From Zootoca vivipara (taxonomy: Eukaryota), in the NCBI RefSeq assembly GCF_963506605.1, contig NC_083281.1:71486001-71550000 (forward strand): a stretch of DNA of 64,000 bases. Reading direction: 5' to 3'. Below are positions 11,925-24,717 of the stretch, piece after piece (positions within the stretch are counted from its first letter, which is position 1; each line of letters opens with the position of its first letter). The notes under the pieces were generated by a model. The model did no database searches, had not been told where the DNA came from, and saw only the letters and a list, made by a program, of their open reading frames with translations. The position numbers were made by a program, and so were the translations under genes.

Positions 11925-14900
11925 GCCTGTTCTGTCAACTTGCCAGCCTGTTTGTGACAGTCATTTTTTCAAAAAAAAGGCAGATGCCCAAGCATAAGCT
12001 TATCAATCAAACTGAGTTACCCATACTGAATTGCCTACACACTCCAAATAACCCATTTCATTATTATATTGTGAAACACCACCACCACATTAGAGAGTTG
12101 TCGTAAACTTCCATAGTTATTTTACTGAGTGGTATCTCGCCTGCAAAGAATTTATTATTGTCCACATATATGCGTGTAAGGCTGAAGCACAAAACACTGT
12201 TTAAATATTATCAAATCAACTGCTTTATATATAATATACTGTAATGCAGTGGGAATTTGCTTACAGATGACTTTGTGAATTCAGTTTTATAGCGTGGCAC
12301 CTAAGCTAATTCTCAGAAATATAACCACATTCACTTGGAAGTTCAATTTTGTTAAAGTGTCACTACCTTTAAAGTAATTAGACTTAGATGGTGGGGGTGT
12401 CAGCTTTTGAATTACTCCAGCACACTGACTCTTAGAACACTGGTGCCCTACATTCACCCCAAGATCCACAGCAACGAAAAATTTTGGAAATCTATAGAGA
12501 GGACAGAAAGAGAAAAATTCAATTACAATTTATGGTGATGAGCTGAAGCCAAGGGGTCTGCACCTGGAAAAATCAAGCACTGAATGCTGATCTTTGCTTG
12601 TTGAACTAAAGAACCTTAAAGGTTTCATCTGTTTTTCGCAGGTTAAAAATGAGCAAACCAAAATCAGTTGGAAAGATCCGGTAATGAAAAAAGAAATATT
12701 AAATTAAAATTCAAAACAACATAACCCGGAAGGCCATGTGTCACAGGATTGTTTCTATATATAAACAAAATCCAAGAGGTATTAAAGCTCCTAGCCTTCC
12801 GGCTAAAAATTAAGAGTGCAGAATAATAATTTGAATATAAATAAATGTTTGTGAAGCTCCTCATCAACATATTTACCCTTCACAGATTTTCATTATGTAA
12901 AAAGTCATTCAGGAAGACCAGTGGATTATAGTCCTCTAAATGCTTTCTCTCAATACGATTATGTTAGTCTTTTAATGCAGGCTGAGGTCTGAGTGGAATA
13001 GTAGGGCTACACGTGAGCATTCAGCTGCAGCCTACAGTACAACTGGGATTACTGAAGAATGACTGCTTTCTAAATCTTTTGTGAAATTGTGCATATGCCA
13101 AGTATCTGAATAGCATTAAAGCAAGGAATAAGAAGTCGGTCTATATGAAAGTAAATTGCACAGATGAGATGACAAAACTTCATGTTATAATTCCACCAGG
13201 TATATTTTGCACAGCTAAGCACTGCATAAAGACTAGGAATCTTAGTTTAAAACAAACAATGGTAACTTAAACATGCCAGCTATGGTTTGATGCTGGCTCA
13301 TTTTGCAACTAACCATTTTCTATTTTAATCTGGATGACAAGCCCAAACTTCAGTTAACTGAGTTTGTATACAATGCACAACTATGGCTAGTTCTAAAGTG
13401 AAGTAAGACTTCACTTTCATTTATGTACAGAGAAGGGAGAAGGCTGTGAGGCTGTGTCTGAACTGGGCCTTATATTATTTTACTGCAGATTTGAAAGCAA
13501 GGCAGTTCTTTATGTAGACATTAATCTTTTTCTTACAACAAGTTATTTTCAAAGAAGGATAATGACAAATCAAATCAATCTGTATTTTCTTTATTTGGCA
13601 AAATCCATATCTGCTGGACGTGAACTCCGGGAAGCCTTTTTTTTCCCCCATGAATATTTCAACATTTAAAAGTAGCTATTAAATCAGAGCCCGTCATGTA
13701 ACTTATTTATTTCTTCTACAGTTGGCAAGGAAAATAACATTAATACAAAAACCTTAAGAATGCAATGTGAATTTAAGATTTTAAAATAATTTCTTGACAG
13801 AAATCAAATTAAGAGAACAGTCTAGACTCTTAAAAAATGGCTACTTGTAATTAGGGTGCATATTAGACTTTAGAACATAGACTAGGTATATAATAGTTTC
13901 TAAATCTCCATTTCTAATGCACTCAGTGAAAGAGGAGGAAATAAAAACAATTTCACTTAGCTACTTCATAGCAGTTAAATGCTCACTAGCACTTTTCTGG
14001 AAAAGAAGGGAAATTAAATTACAGGAAATATAGTAACAGGTAAATCCATGAAGTCACTTACAGATGATCCCTTGTTTTGTATTAAGAATGGTTTTTATCC
14101 TTTAAGGACATTGGAAAAAACTTCACCTCAAAAATTAAAATATCTGCAAATATGTAAGTCATTTATATTATTAGGTTACTGTATATCTAATGCTAGTTAT
14201 ACCAAGAGTAGACCCAATTAATTCACATGACTAATTTCAATGGGTCTACTCTGCATAAAACCTAGCTTGGTACAGCCCATAATCAGCCAGTTACCAGAAA
14301 AACAATTACATAACTTTGTAACCTTTAAGAATTGGTACCTGAATTTGCTTGTTTTTCCCTTGTCATGTCTATTGGACTACAGGCCTATGGATAAGGACCA
14401 TCTTATTTGTAACATTTCAGGCACTTCATGAATGGAAGAAAAATAGCAATAATAATATTGCAATAAAGAAAGACCAAATAATTCTCTACATTGTGGGTTG
14501 TATGTGATGCTAAGTTAAAGTCCCTTAGTACTGAAAGTACTGGTTCCACTGGCAACATGTTTTGTATTGTTGCACAACAAAATGCAGAAGCAGGTCGCTG
14601 CTAACTTTGCTGCACAACCCCACAAGTTGTGCAATGAGTTTCCTCTAGTACAACTGTTGCAAACTGGATTCTTCTGCTGTATAATATTAACATTCCAAAA
14701 AAGTGAAAGGGCGGACAGAGAACGTTGGATACAGCCCCATATCTATCATTTTTAAACGGGGCAATTTTATACTTGACTATTCATAGGTCAGCTCTACTGA
14801 GTTCACTGAAACTTACTAAAGAGTACTGCAGCCAGGAAATGATGAGAATATATTAATAAAAAATTAATGATAAACAGTTTGTATAGCGTATAAGAGAAAG

Positions 14901-16254
14901 AGTGAGCAGATGTCCAGTCTTGCGTGTGTGTCTGATTATAGTTATGCTGGTGTTTCATCCCAGTCCCCCCCCCCCCCGGCAAACATAATCAGCCAGCTGG
15001 CTGACCTCTGCTACTCTGCCAAGCTAGTATCAAAATGAACTTGCAGCCAAGCAGTTTGGTAGGCCAAAAGGCGCAAGAGCAGTTTACAGTTTTTCAGCAT
15101 TCTTTTTTTATTTCTCAAGTGATTTCTATACCACTGTTCCACCCCCCAAAAAATCACACAGTGATTTACAACAGTAAGGTAATCTAAAAACACAAGAAAC
15201 AGAAACATTAAAGTAATGATCCTAAGTTACACAATTAACCACATCATAAAAGTGTCTTAATCCATCAGTTTCCAAAAGTCTGAAAAAATGTGAGTTTCTA
15301 CATGGCATCTAAAAAAACATAAGGTTGGAGAAACACACACTTCAGTCAAGAGGTCGTTCAACTGCAGAATCACCATTGCAAGGGCCCTTCCATGGGCCTC
15401 CACACAAACACACTTCATTTAATGCAGGGACCATGAGGTGAGCCTTTTCTGCTGATCCTAATGCATAGGCAGGTTGATATGGGAGAAGGCATTATCTCAG
15501 ATATTTATGAACATGAATTAGTAAGCACTGAGAGGGATTTCAGAGTTTACACTCTCTACAAACTGGCATGGTCCAACTCAACAGTAAAAAAAAAATTAAT
15601 AAAAAAATTGGTCCATTAGCCCCCACTACTGACAAAACATAGCAAATGCATTCTCCATTTCTCTGAACTATTTCCCATGGAAGGGAAGTACTGTCATAAA
15701 GTGTGGAGATGCAATTTTGGAATTCTGCATCCTGGCTTAATTGAAAGACAAATTAAAGGACACCAATCGTGGAAAAGCTACTGACTGCATCTCCTAAGAA
15801 GGCCACTACTTTCAGGATAATAGATTCTAGGGAAGTGGAAAGATAATCTTTTGGATTTTGACACAGAGACTTGCTTTCTCCTTGGCTATGGTGATCACTG
15901 GGCGGTCATGATCTCACTCTTTCCTCATCTAAGATCACCCCCCCCCCAATTGCTCTTTACTACTGAGGATGTCACATCCACTGGCTGCCGCAATCTCACT
16001 ATCAGCCCCCTCTCCCACAGTCCCATCCAAAGGCTGCACTTGCTTAAAAACAAAACAAAACACAAGGCCAGGATAGAGAATGCCAAATGCATTGTGTATT
16101 CTGGACCTTCTTAGATGCATCTGTTGGCCTGCAGCCAAAAGCACTTTATGCTGCAATTCTGTGCAGTTAGCAACACTTAAGACCATTGATTTCAATGAGC
16201 TTAGGGGGTGAGATCAGGGAGCAGTGTACAATAATTTCAACTGCTACATTGATT

Positions 16255-16572
16255 GGATCAGCAAACCTTTTCAGCAGGGGGCCGGTCCACTGTCCCTCTG
16301 ACCTTGTGGGGGGCCAGACTATATTTTGAAGGGGGGAAAAGAACGAATTTCTATGCCCCACAAATAACCCAGAGATGCATTTTAAATAAAAGCACAAATT
16401 CTACTCATGTAAAAACACCAGCCAGGCCCCACAAATAACCCAGGGATGCCTTTTAAATAAAAGGACACATTCTACTCATGTAAAAACACGCTGATTCCCG
16501 GACCGTCCATGGGCCGGATTTAGAAGGCGATTGGGCCGGATCCAGCCCCCGGGCCTTAGTTTGCCTACCCAT
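16255..16572 (-). mobile_element. hAT MITE, inverted relative of 18331-18651
   Basis: Reverse complement aligns to 18331-18651, including the duplicated aaatgcatctctgggttatttgtggg unit. Confidence 0.85.
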
Positions 16573-17634
16573 AGATTGGATGGTAAAATTTCAAAGCTCT
16601 TACAGTAGCATCAAAATGTAGATATGATATTAATAATGTATAAATATATAAATGTATGTTTAGAATAATGGGAAGTGTGTGCACTTCAGGAAGCAGGCTG
16701 AGGCTCAATCAATACAGGCACACCACATGCTGCCTATACTTGTTGTATAAATTGTCTTTTGGACAGCTTGTCTGTAGATTCCCAGGATTCCCTAGAACTG
16801 GTTCCCAACTGGTGGGCCGTGGACCCCCGAGGTCCGCATAACCTACCCGGGGGTCCATGGTACCATTCACTTAACAAAAACCACTGAGATATAAAGAAAT
16901 TCAAAAGTAGGGGGCGCATGGCTTGGCTTTTGAAAAACAGTACTTAGCTAATTGGGAGTATATGGATGTATACCCATGTAACAAACAAGTGTTAAACCAA
17001 ACCAAGGCTCATAAGTAAACAACAACCCATGGCTTAAGATTTTGGATTGTTGGCAGTAAACAAATCATCGTAAAACTGATCGACATGGTTCACAGGTTGA
17101 ATAAAACATGTGTGAACCAGGCTACTGAGTCACCTTCCCAGTGGACTATAGACAGCACTATAGAAAGGTCACTTGCCAAGCAAGGAAGCAGATAAGTCTG
17201 CACTTTCCAAGAGTCATTATATGTGTGCATGGAGTGCTCTAATTACGTGACACATGCTGATTCCGCCTCTGCTGTACTGCAGTACTTGAGAAGAGAGTAA
17301 ACACGAGTCAGGAGGAGCAGTGAAGAAGCGGCAGAGAGCTACTGGAAGACAGTGTAGCGTGTGCCATGTGGTATGCCTTGCATAAGTTAGCCTGCTGGCT
17401 GCTGCCATCAGGTGTGGTAGCAGAGGATGCTGTCCCACCACTAGTACTGAAGTAAGTACATGGGATGAGGGTGGAGCATCCTCTTGTCTTTTGCCTCAGG
17501 AACCAAAAGATATTGGGTCAGTTCTACAAAGCTACCATTTACTCATCACTGTGGATTTGCAGACCTTATCTTGGTAGTTGTACATTATAGACCCAAACAC
17601 CTTATTCCATCTCTACTGTTTCACATTCTGAATC

Positions 17635-17646
17635 TTATTTATCTAT

Positions 17647-17685
<39 letters not shown>

Positions 17686-17686
17686 T
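17635..17686. repeat. (TTTA)n microsatellite
   Basis: Direct observation. Confidence 0.9.
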
Positions 17687-17841
17687 GGAGTAAAATGTTT
17701 AGATATTATATATCCCTCATGTGCGTATACATCTCAGACAGAAAATGTAAGTGTGTTTTATTCTATCAACAAGATTCCATTTGAAGCAAGATTTGTCAGA
17801 AGTGAGTCCCACAATGTTTTGTAAAACAATATACAATAAAT

Positions 17842-18257
17842 CAGGGCTCCCAGACTACGGCCCGGGGGCCGGATGCGGCCCAAGTGGCCTGCCAATCCGG
17901 CCCACAACGACGCCCGATGACGCCCGCTCTTACGGTGCGCAGCGCAGCAGCGTTCTTCCGGGTCGGGAAAAAAGCGCAGAAAATCCTTTGTGCGCATGCG
18001 TATGGGCCTCTCCCGACCCGGAAGAGGTCATTTCTGGTGCACTTCCGGGTCGGGGGAGGCCCATACGCATGCGCACAACGGATTTTCGGCGCTTTTCCTA
18101 CCCTGGAAGCGCGCCGCCGCGCCAGTAAGCGCTCGTGCGCATGCGCACGGGCGCACATTCCCCGCCGGCCGGCCCGCACAGGCGCGCGCTCCCCCGTCCT
18201 CCACGCGATTGGCGCGGTGGGAACCGGCCCAAACGCCGGTAAGTCTGGGGACCCCTG
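17842..18257. mobile_element. CpG-rich hAT MITE, 416 bp
   Basis: TIRs cagggctcccagact / agtctggggacccctg; perfect 8-bp TSD caataaat; internal inverted repeat ~17988-18078. Confidence 0.92.
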
Positions 18258-18330
18258 CAATAAATCATTGTCTGCAGAAGTACCGAGTGGGATTTTTCAG
18301 ACAACTGAAAATTAATCTGAGTTTCTACAG

Positions 18331-18651
18331 CAGGGGTCCCCAAACTAAGGCCCGGGGGCCGGATGCGGCCCAATCACCTTCTAAATCCGGCCCACGGATG
18401 GTCCGGGAATCAGCATGTTTTTACACAAGTCGAATGTGTCCTTTTATTTAAAATGCATCTCTGGGTTATTTGTGGGGCCTGCCTGGTGTTTTTTTGTAAG
18501 TAGAATGTCCCCTTTTATTTAAAATGCATCTCTGGGTTATTTGTGGGGCATAGGAATTCGTTCATATTTTTTTTTCAAAATATAGTCCGGCCCCCCACAA
18601 GGTCTGAGGGACAGTGGACCGGCCCCTGCTGAAAAAGTTTGCTGACCCCTG
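18331..18651. mobile_element. hAT MITE, 321 bp
   Basis: caggggtc...gacccctg termini; perfect TSD ttctacag. Confidence 0.92.
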
Positions 18652-18909
18652 TTCTACAGGGTGCGTTTCAGTTTAATGCTGGAGATTGCCCCTGCTACAC
18701 ACACAATTTGGAAATAAGGAGAATATTTGAGCTGCCTATTATTTTTAGCCCACCCTTCTACCAAGGATGTAAAGTCAGTCTCTTGTGGCTGTAGTCTAGC
18801 TAACAAAAAGTTATTGGCTTAGGGTCACTTAATGAACTTCATGATTTAGCAGGTATTTGAATCAAGATATCCCAGGTCCTCTATACAGGTAATTACCTCA
18901 CTAGCTCTG

Positions 18910-18912
<3 letters not shown>

Positions 18913-18955
<43 letters not shown>
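18913..18955. repeat. (TA)n microsatellite
   Basis: Direct observation. Confidence 0.95.
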
Positions 18956-18956
<1 letters not shown>

Positions 18957-19769
18957 TTTGAAAGAAATTAACCTTTCCCCTAAAGTTCTCAAGACAGTTA
19001 CATACACTCCACCACTGTATCCTTACACCCACCCTGTGAGGTACGGTAGGTTATACTGATTGTGGGCAGTTGAATGAATAGAGATTAGATCCCAAGTCCC
19101 TTCAATTGAAATTCAGGCTGCAATCTCAAACACACACAGAGCGTAAGTCCCAGTTTACTTCTGACTCTGACCTTGGCTGCTTCCTTTTTGCTAATGCATT
19201 TCACAATGGTTAACTGGCACCTGTATTTTAACTCTCTGTGAGTTTTATTGTGCAGTTTTAAATTTTATTGCTGCAAGCAGCTTTGATATATTTTTAATGA
19301 CGTAATGGTGTATAAATATTTTAATTTAATTTAATTTAAATAATTAAAAATGGGGGGGGGGCATATCTTTTACACTCATTTGTTTTCTTTGTCCCGGCCT
19401 GTCATTGTGAACCTTGTGTATATTTGCTTTCACACTTATCCCGTATACTTACCATGCTAACGCCATCTCTCTTTTTTCCGCTCTCTCCTTCCTTAGTTGT
19501 TCTTGGACTTCCACCTTCCTTAATGTGGCCACATACCCGTTGAGCGAAATATTTGTTTATTTATTACATTTTTATAACCCGCTCTTCATCCGAGGATCAC
19601 AGGGCGGTTTACTGCATAAAAACACAAAATGCGGGACATAATAATTATAATAAAAATGCCACACGCAAACACATTTAGAAGGCCGAAGATCGTTTAACAG
19701 TCAAGGGGTATTAAAATAACAATACAAATACCAGTAGTTTAAACAACACTAATAGTCATTTCAAAAGCT

Positions 19770-20760
19770 AGACGCTGTTGCGGAGGGGGGGGGGGGGCGC
19801 CGTTCACTTTCCGAACGCCTGCCTGGCAGCCCTGAGGAGACACCGCGCCTCAAAAGGCGAGCCCGCAGGGTGGCGGCGGCAACAGGCCCGCCCTGAGGAG
19901 GCGGGAGAGGCGGGAACGTGAAGGCACCGGACTCACCCTTCCCGCCAGCCCCGGAGGCCAAGGCGCGCAACATGAGCTGGCGGTTGCGGCACTGGCGGGA
20001 GGCGGCGACGCTGCTGCTGGCGGCAGGCGGGCCGGGCGCGTCTCCCCCTCGGACCGCGGCGGCGGGCGGCTTCGACTACGAACTGCTCCTGCTGCGGCGG
20101 AGCCCGCGGAGCGCCTTCTTGCCCAGCGCCCACGTCTTCCCGGGCGGCGTGGCGGACGCGGCCGACTTCTCGTCCGACTGGCTGCAGCTGTTGCCGGGCG
20201 GGCCACGCTGCGGGCTGGGCTCGGTGCGAGGCCCGAGGGCGCCGCTCTTCGCCGCCGAGCGCCCGGAGCTGGGCTCGCCGCTGCCGGGAGACGTGGCCTT
20301 CCGCATCTGCGCCATCCGCGAGTCCTTCGAGGAAGCCGGAGTCCTCTTGGTGCTGCCTGGCCCGGTCGCTGATGCCGCTGCCAATGCGGGCCCGGCCCGC
20401 CTGCTGCCCGCCGAGCGCCTCCCGCCGGCCTCGGAGCTGGCTGAGTGGCGGCGGCGGGTGCAGCGGCAGCCCAGCACCTTCCTGCAGCTGTGCCGTCACC
20501 TGAGCTGTGTGCCCAACATCTGGGCGCTGCGCGAGTGGAGCAACTGGCTGACCCCCGTGGGCCGCGCGGGGCGAGGCGGCCGCCGCTACGACACCGCCTT
20601 TTACCTCTGCTGCCTCGGGCAGGCGCCGCCGGTCGCCTCGCACGACGACGGGGAGGTGACGGCCTGCCAGGTGAGCAGGACGGGTACGAAGTGCCGCCAC
20701 CGCCGGCTGCGGGGCTGGCAGAGCCGAGGGTCCCGAAGGCGCGCCCTCCTCACACGCTTG
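19770..20760. promoter_or_regulatory. CpG island over NUDT19 promoter and exon 1
   Basis: Very high GC and CpG density around ATG 19972. Confidence 0.85.
19972..20670 (+). CDS. NUDT19: Acyl-CoA diphosphatase NUDT19, exon 1 (233 codons)
   Basis: MSWRLRHWREAATLLLAAG; split Nudix box VFPGGVAD...FRICAIRESFEEAGV; WSNWLTP; RRYDTAFY; donor CAG|GTGAGC, phase 0. Confidence 0.95.
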
Positions 20761-20811
20761 CTTCAGACATGAGGCGATTTTTGTCATCATTTTTATTACT
20801 ACTAGTATTGC

Positions 20812-20937
20812 TATTTTTCTAGAAAAAAGAGGTGCTGGAACTCACCACGGACGCCTTCCCTTGTTCTCTTATAATGGCGAAGGCGCCCACCTGAGAACTG
20901 CCAGAACTGAGTTCCTGTGGCTGGGGAAAAAGGCCTG
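20812..20937. mobile_element. Degraded DNA-transposon MITE
   Basis: tttttctagaaaaaagaggtgctggaactca...tgagttcc...aaaaaggcctg inverted ends. Confidence 0.4.
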
Positions 20938-21149
20938 ACGACTACTACTATTGTTGTTATTTATTATTATTAGCCTGATTTTGGGGGGGGGGGCAAGGTG
21001 TGCCATCTTCACATGCACAATTCAGACATGAGAAGATTTATCATTTTTATTACTACTCTTATTGATTTATATTATTGATTTTTATTAGCCCAGTGGGGGA
21101 GAAAAGGTGTGTTGTCCTCACATGTTTGCTTCTGACACCAGGCTGCTGC

Positions 21150-21150
<1 letters not shown>

Positions 21151-21196
<46 letters not shown>
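21151..21196. repeat. (TTA)n microsatellite
   Basis: Direct observation. Confidence 0.95.
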
Positions 21197-22309
21197 GTGC
21201 GGGGGAGAAAGCATACTGTCTTCGGGCTGGAGGCATTGCATCTACACGAGGGAAACATTTACTTACAGTATTAGATTTTTGATGTTGCTCCACCACAGAT
21301 GTCAAGACGCTGAACAGGATTCCCTCTTTATCCCCATTGTCCATTTTATCCTCACAACGACCCTGTGAGGTCTGCTAGGCTAGGAGATGGTTACTAACCA
21401 GTGGCCACTAGCCAGGAGAGTGCCAGTAAATTGAATGCCAGTTGCTGGAAGCCACAGGAGCGGAGAGTGCTCTTGTGCTCAGGTCCTGCTTTGGGGCTTC
21501 CCGTTAGGGACATCTCCTCAGCCGCTGTGAGAACAGGAGGCTGGACTCTGGATGGGCCCCCTTAGGCAGGTTTGGCTAAGGGATGCTTACTAGTCAGTGG
21601 CCACTAGCCATGAGGGTGGCAGTTTGCCTCTGGATACCAGGTGTCAGGAAGCAAAGGGCTGTTGTGGTCATGTGCTGCTTCTTGTGGCTTTTTCATTGGT
21701 ATCTGGTTGGCCTCTGCAGGGACAGAATCTTGGGGTCAGATAAGCCTCTGCCTGATACAGCAGAACTCTCCTTCTTGGGACTAGCCCAAGATCACTCAGC
21801 AAGCTTCATAGCTGGTGGGAAGCTTGAATCCAGATCTTCCCAATCCTGCTCTCTAAATAGCACCCTGCTGGCTCCCTGGCATCAGCATTCCCTTCTCTCA
21901 GCTCACATAAAATTGGCATTCTCTTCTTTAGGCTGCAAGTCTCAGCATGCTTACCAGAATGCAAGACCTGCATAGCACAATGCGATTTATGCTCGGTCAA
22001 ACAGTGATGAACATGTTCACAGTCTGAGCCCAGAGACTGGCAACAAGTTATGGAGAATGACCTTGGCCCACATCGCTTAAGACTACACCCTTCTGGTGTG
22101 TCCCGTGTAGGATGGGCAGGAGGATGCCAGGTTCAAGTCCTTGCTGAGCCCTGAAGCTCAGTAGGTGACCTTGGGCCAATCCTTGCATGTTTGGGGCAAA
22201 TAGCAGCTAGAGAATGAATACTTTTTAGCAAGAAACAAGGAGCCTTAATCTAGATCAGAAGAAAGTTTCAAATTTGGTCTTCCTGGCTTTTATTTCTTCT
22301 TAACGCTGT

Positions 22310-23148
22310 GGATGGGTGACACCTGTCTTGAGAGCAGTACATGTGAAAAGGATCTAGGACTCTTGGTAGACCACAAACTTGACATGAGTCAACAGTGTGA
22401 TGCAGCAGCTAAAAAAGCCAATGCAATTCTGGGCTGCATCAATAGGAGTATAGCATCTAGATCAGGCATAGGCAACCTTGGCTCTCCAGATGTTTTGGAA
22501 CTACAACTCCCATGATCCCTAGCTAACAGGGCCAGTGGTCAGGGATCATGGGAGTTGTAGTTCCAAAACATCTGGAGAGCCAAGGTTGCCTATGCCTGAT
22601 CTAGATCAAGGGAAGTAATAATACCACTGTATTCTGCCCTGGTCAGACTTCACCTGGAGTACTGTGTCCAGTTCTGGGCACCACAGTTCAAGAAGGATAC
22701 TGACAAGCTGGAATGTGTCCAGAGGAGGGCAAAATGGTCAAAGGCCTGGAAACGATGCCTTATGAGGAACAGCTTAGGGAGCTGGGTATGTTTAGCCTGG
22801 AGAAGAGAAGGTTAAGGGGTGATATGATAGCCATGTTCAAATATATAAAAGGATGTCATATAGAGGGAGAAAGGTTGTTTTCTGCTGCTCCAGAGAAGCG
22901 GACACGGAGCAATGGATTCAAACTACAAGAAAGAAGATTCCACATAAACATTAGGAAGAACTTCCTGACAGTAAGAGCTGTTCGACAGTGGAATTTCCTG
23001 CCAATGAGTGTGGTGGAGTCTCCTTCTTGGAGGTCTTTAAGCAGAGGCTTGACAGCCATATGTCAGGAATGCTTTGGTGGTGTTTCCTGCTTGGCAGGGG
23101 GTTGGACTGGATGGCCCTTGTAGTCTCTTCCAACTCTATGATTCTATG
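22310..23148 (+). mobile_element. CR1 LINE 3' portion in NUDT19 intron 1
   Basis: [36 protein letters not shown]; [16 protein letters not shown]; ctatgattctatg tail. Confidence 0.93.
22463..22598. mobile_element. 136-bp hAT MITE nested in CR1
   Basis: Perfect 58-bp TIRs with a 20-bp spacer; perfect TSD atctagat. Confidence 0.95.
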
Positions 23149-23531
23149 TAATAGAAGCAAACTGTTTTAAGCATTTTTTGAAGAAGCACAAAAAATATGT
23201 TTTGTTTGGCTTTTGGCCTGACCTACCTCATAAGATTGTTGTGAGGGTAGTAATGGGGTGTGGAGACTGCTGCCTTGAGCTTTTTGGAAGAAAGATGAGA
23301 TCAAGCTGGAGAATCCATAGTGCAGCCTAAATATCTTCTGCCCCTAAATATCTTCTGAGTGCTCCTTTGCTTTCCTGTAGACCTGAAGGCACAGACATCA
23401 CATCTATTTGAGCATTTAGAATTGCTGCAAAATTATATTTTAGTGCAGAAACAATTCAGGTGATTCAGAATATTCCTTTCAATGGGAATTCACAAACTAT
23501 GGAGATCAGCTTATTCCTCATTCTTTTTCAG

Positions 23532-23739
23532 TGGTCAACGCCCTTAGAAGCTGTTGAACTCTTTAAGTCCCAAGACATCTCGATAGCACCACCTCAGTTT
23601 TATGAATTCTGCAGACTCTGCAATTTCACATCACTTCATGATCTGCATAGGTTTGCCTCTGAACGAGCCTTAGAAGGATGTGAGCGTTGGATGCCTGTTC
23701 TGATGATTGCTTCAGATGGCCATATGCAGATTTTACCAG
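23532..23739 (+). CDS. NUDT19: NUDT19 exon 2 (208 nt)
   Basis: Acceptor ttctttttcag; WSTPLEAVELF...APPQFYEFCRL...QILPG; donor CAG|GTAGAT, phase 1. Confidence 0.95.
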
Positions 23740-24717
23740 GTAGATGAAAATGGCATTTGGATTACCGGTAGTTATTTTAACAATGAAAAGTTTATTTTCA
23801 TTCTTTGGGAAGAACAAGTACTTTCAAATTCCAGTGCATCTTATTAAGATGGTGTTTTGAAGAAGAATTGATTTATTTACAATTTCCCAATAAGGGATGT
23901 CTATTCTGAATTGTCTGGTATTAGCCACTAGTGTAATCTGTGGGTCTTGTCTATTATTAGGCTTAATGTTTGCTTCTTGAATGATGTTATAAATATTTCT
24001 ATGTAATTCTGTGCATCTTTTCTCATAAGTGTGTGCTACTACGTTCAGTAGGGTTAACGGTACTTCCAAATAAGTGTGCATAGGGTTGCAGCCTTACTGT
24101 GCAATCCTTTGCATGTCAGTTAATTGCAGTTAGAATAGAGCTGTTGCACACTTCTGCACGACTAAGAAGTACCGTATATGCAAAAAGGAACCTTGATAGA
24201 GTATCTGCAGAACACAGGGTTATATGCATGGTCACAACACTGCTGAACCAAAAACAGAAAATTGACAATGTTACTTGTCTTAGGGTTTGCCAGCTATAAA
24301 CTGGAGATGAATAATATACATTTATATTCCCCAGTAAAGCAAAGAGGCGGTTCTGGTTTCTCCTGATACTCCCCTCATCCAGTCTTTTTGTTTACCTGCT
24401 TATCTTGTTGGCATGATCTAAATACACACGAGGCATCCACTTTACTGAAGCTAAGCATTTCTGTAACCCTGCAGATACTCTATCAAGGTTCCTTTTTGCA
24501 TATACTTCTTAGTCATGCAGAACTGTGCAACGGCTCTATTCTAACTGCAATTCAGGCAAACCAGGATTTTGGTTTCTTTGAATTAACTGTACTTAGAATA
24601 AACATGATTTCCCATTTTATAGGAAAGTGTTTTCTTCAAAACCATGGCCAGAAGCACCAAATTTCTTTTCTTCATCAATAGAGAGGATAGAATAGCCTAA
24701 GGCTACCTATCCTAGTA

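Noticed and set aside
17751-18451. Overlapping ORFs of 125-153 aa
   Set aside because: They lie in a GC-rich MITE with a TSD; no transposase motifs.
19918-19971. GTG-initiated N-terminal extension of NUDT19
   Set aside because: Artefact of the ORF caller's alternative starts; NUDT19 similarity begins at ATG 19972. The ORF tail past 20670 is intron.
19933-20790. 285-aa antisense ORF over NUDT19 exon 1
   Set aside because: GC-rich shadow ORF.
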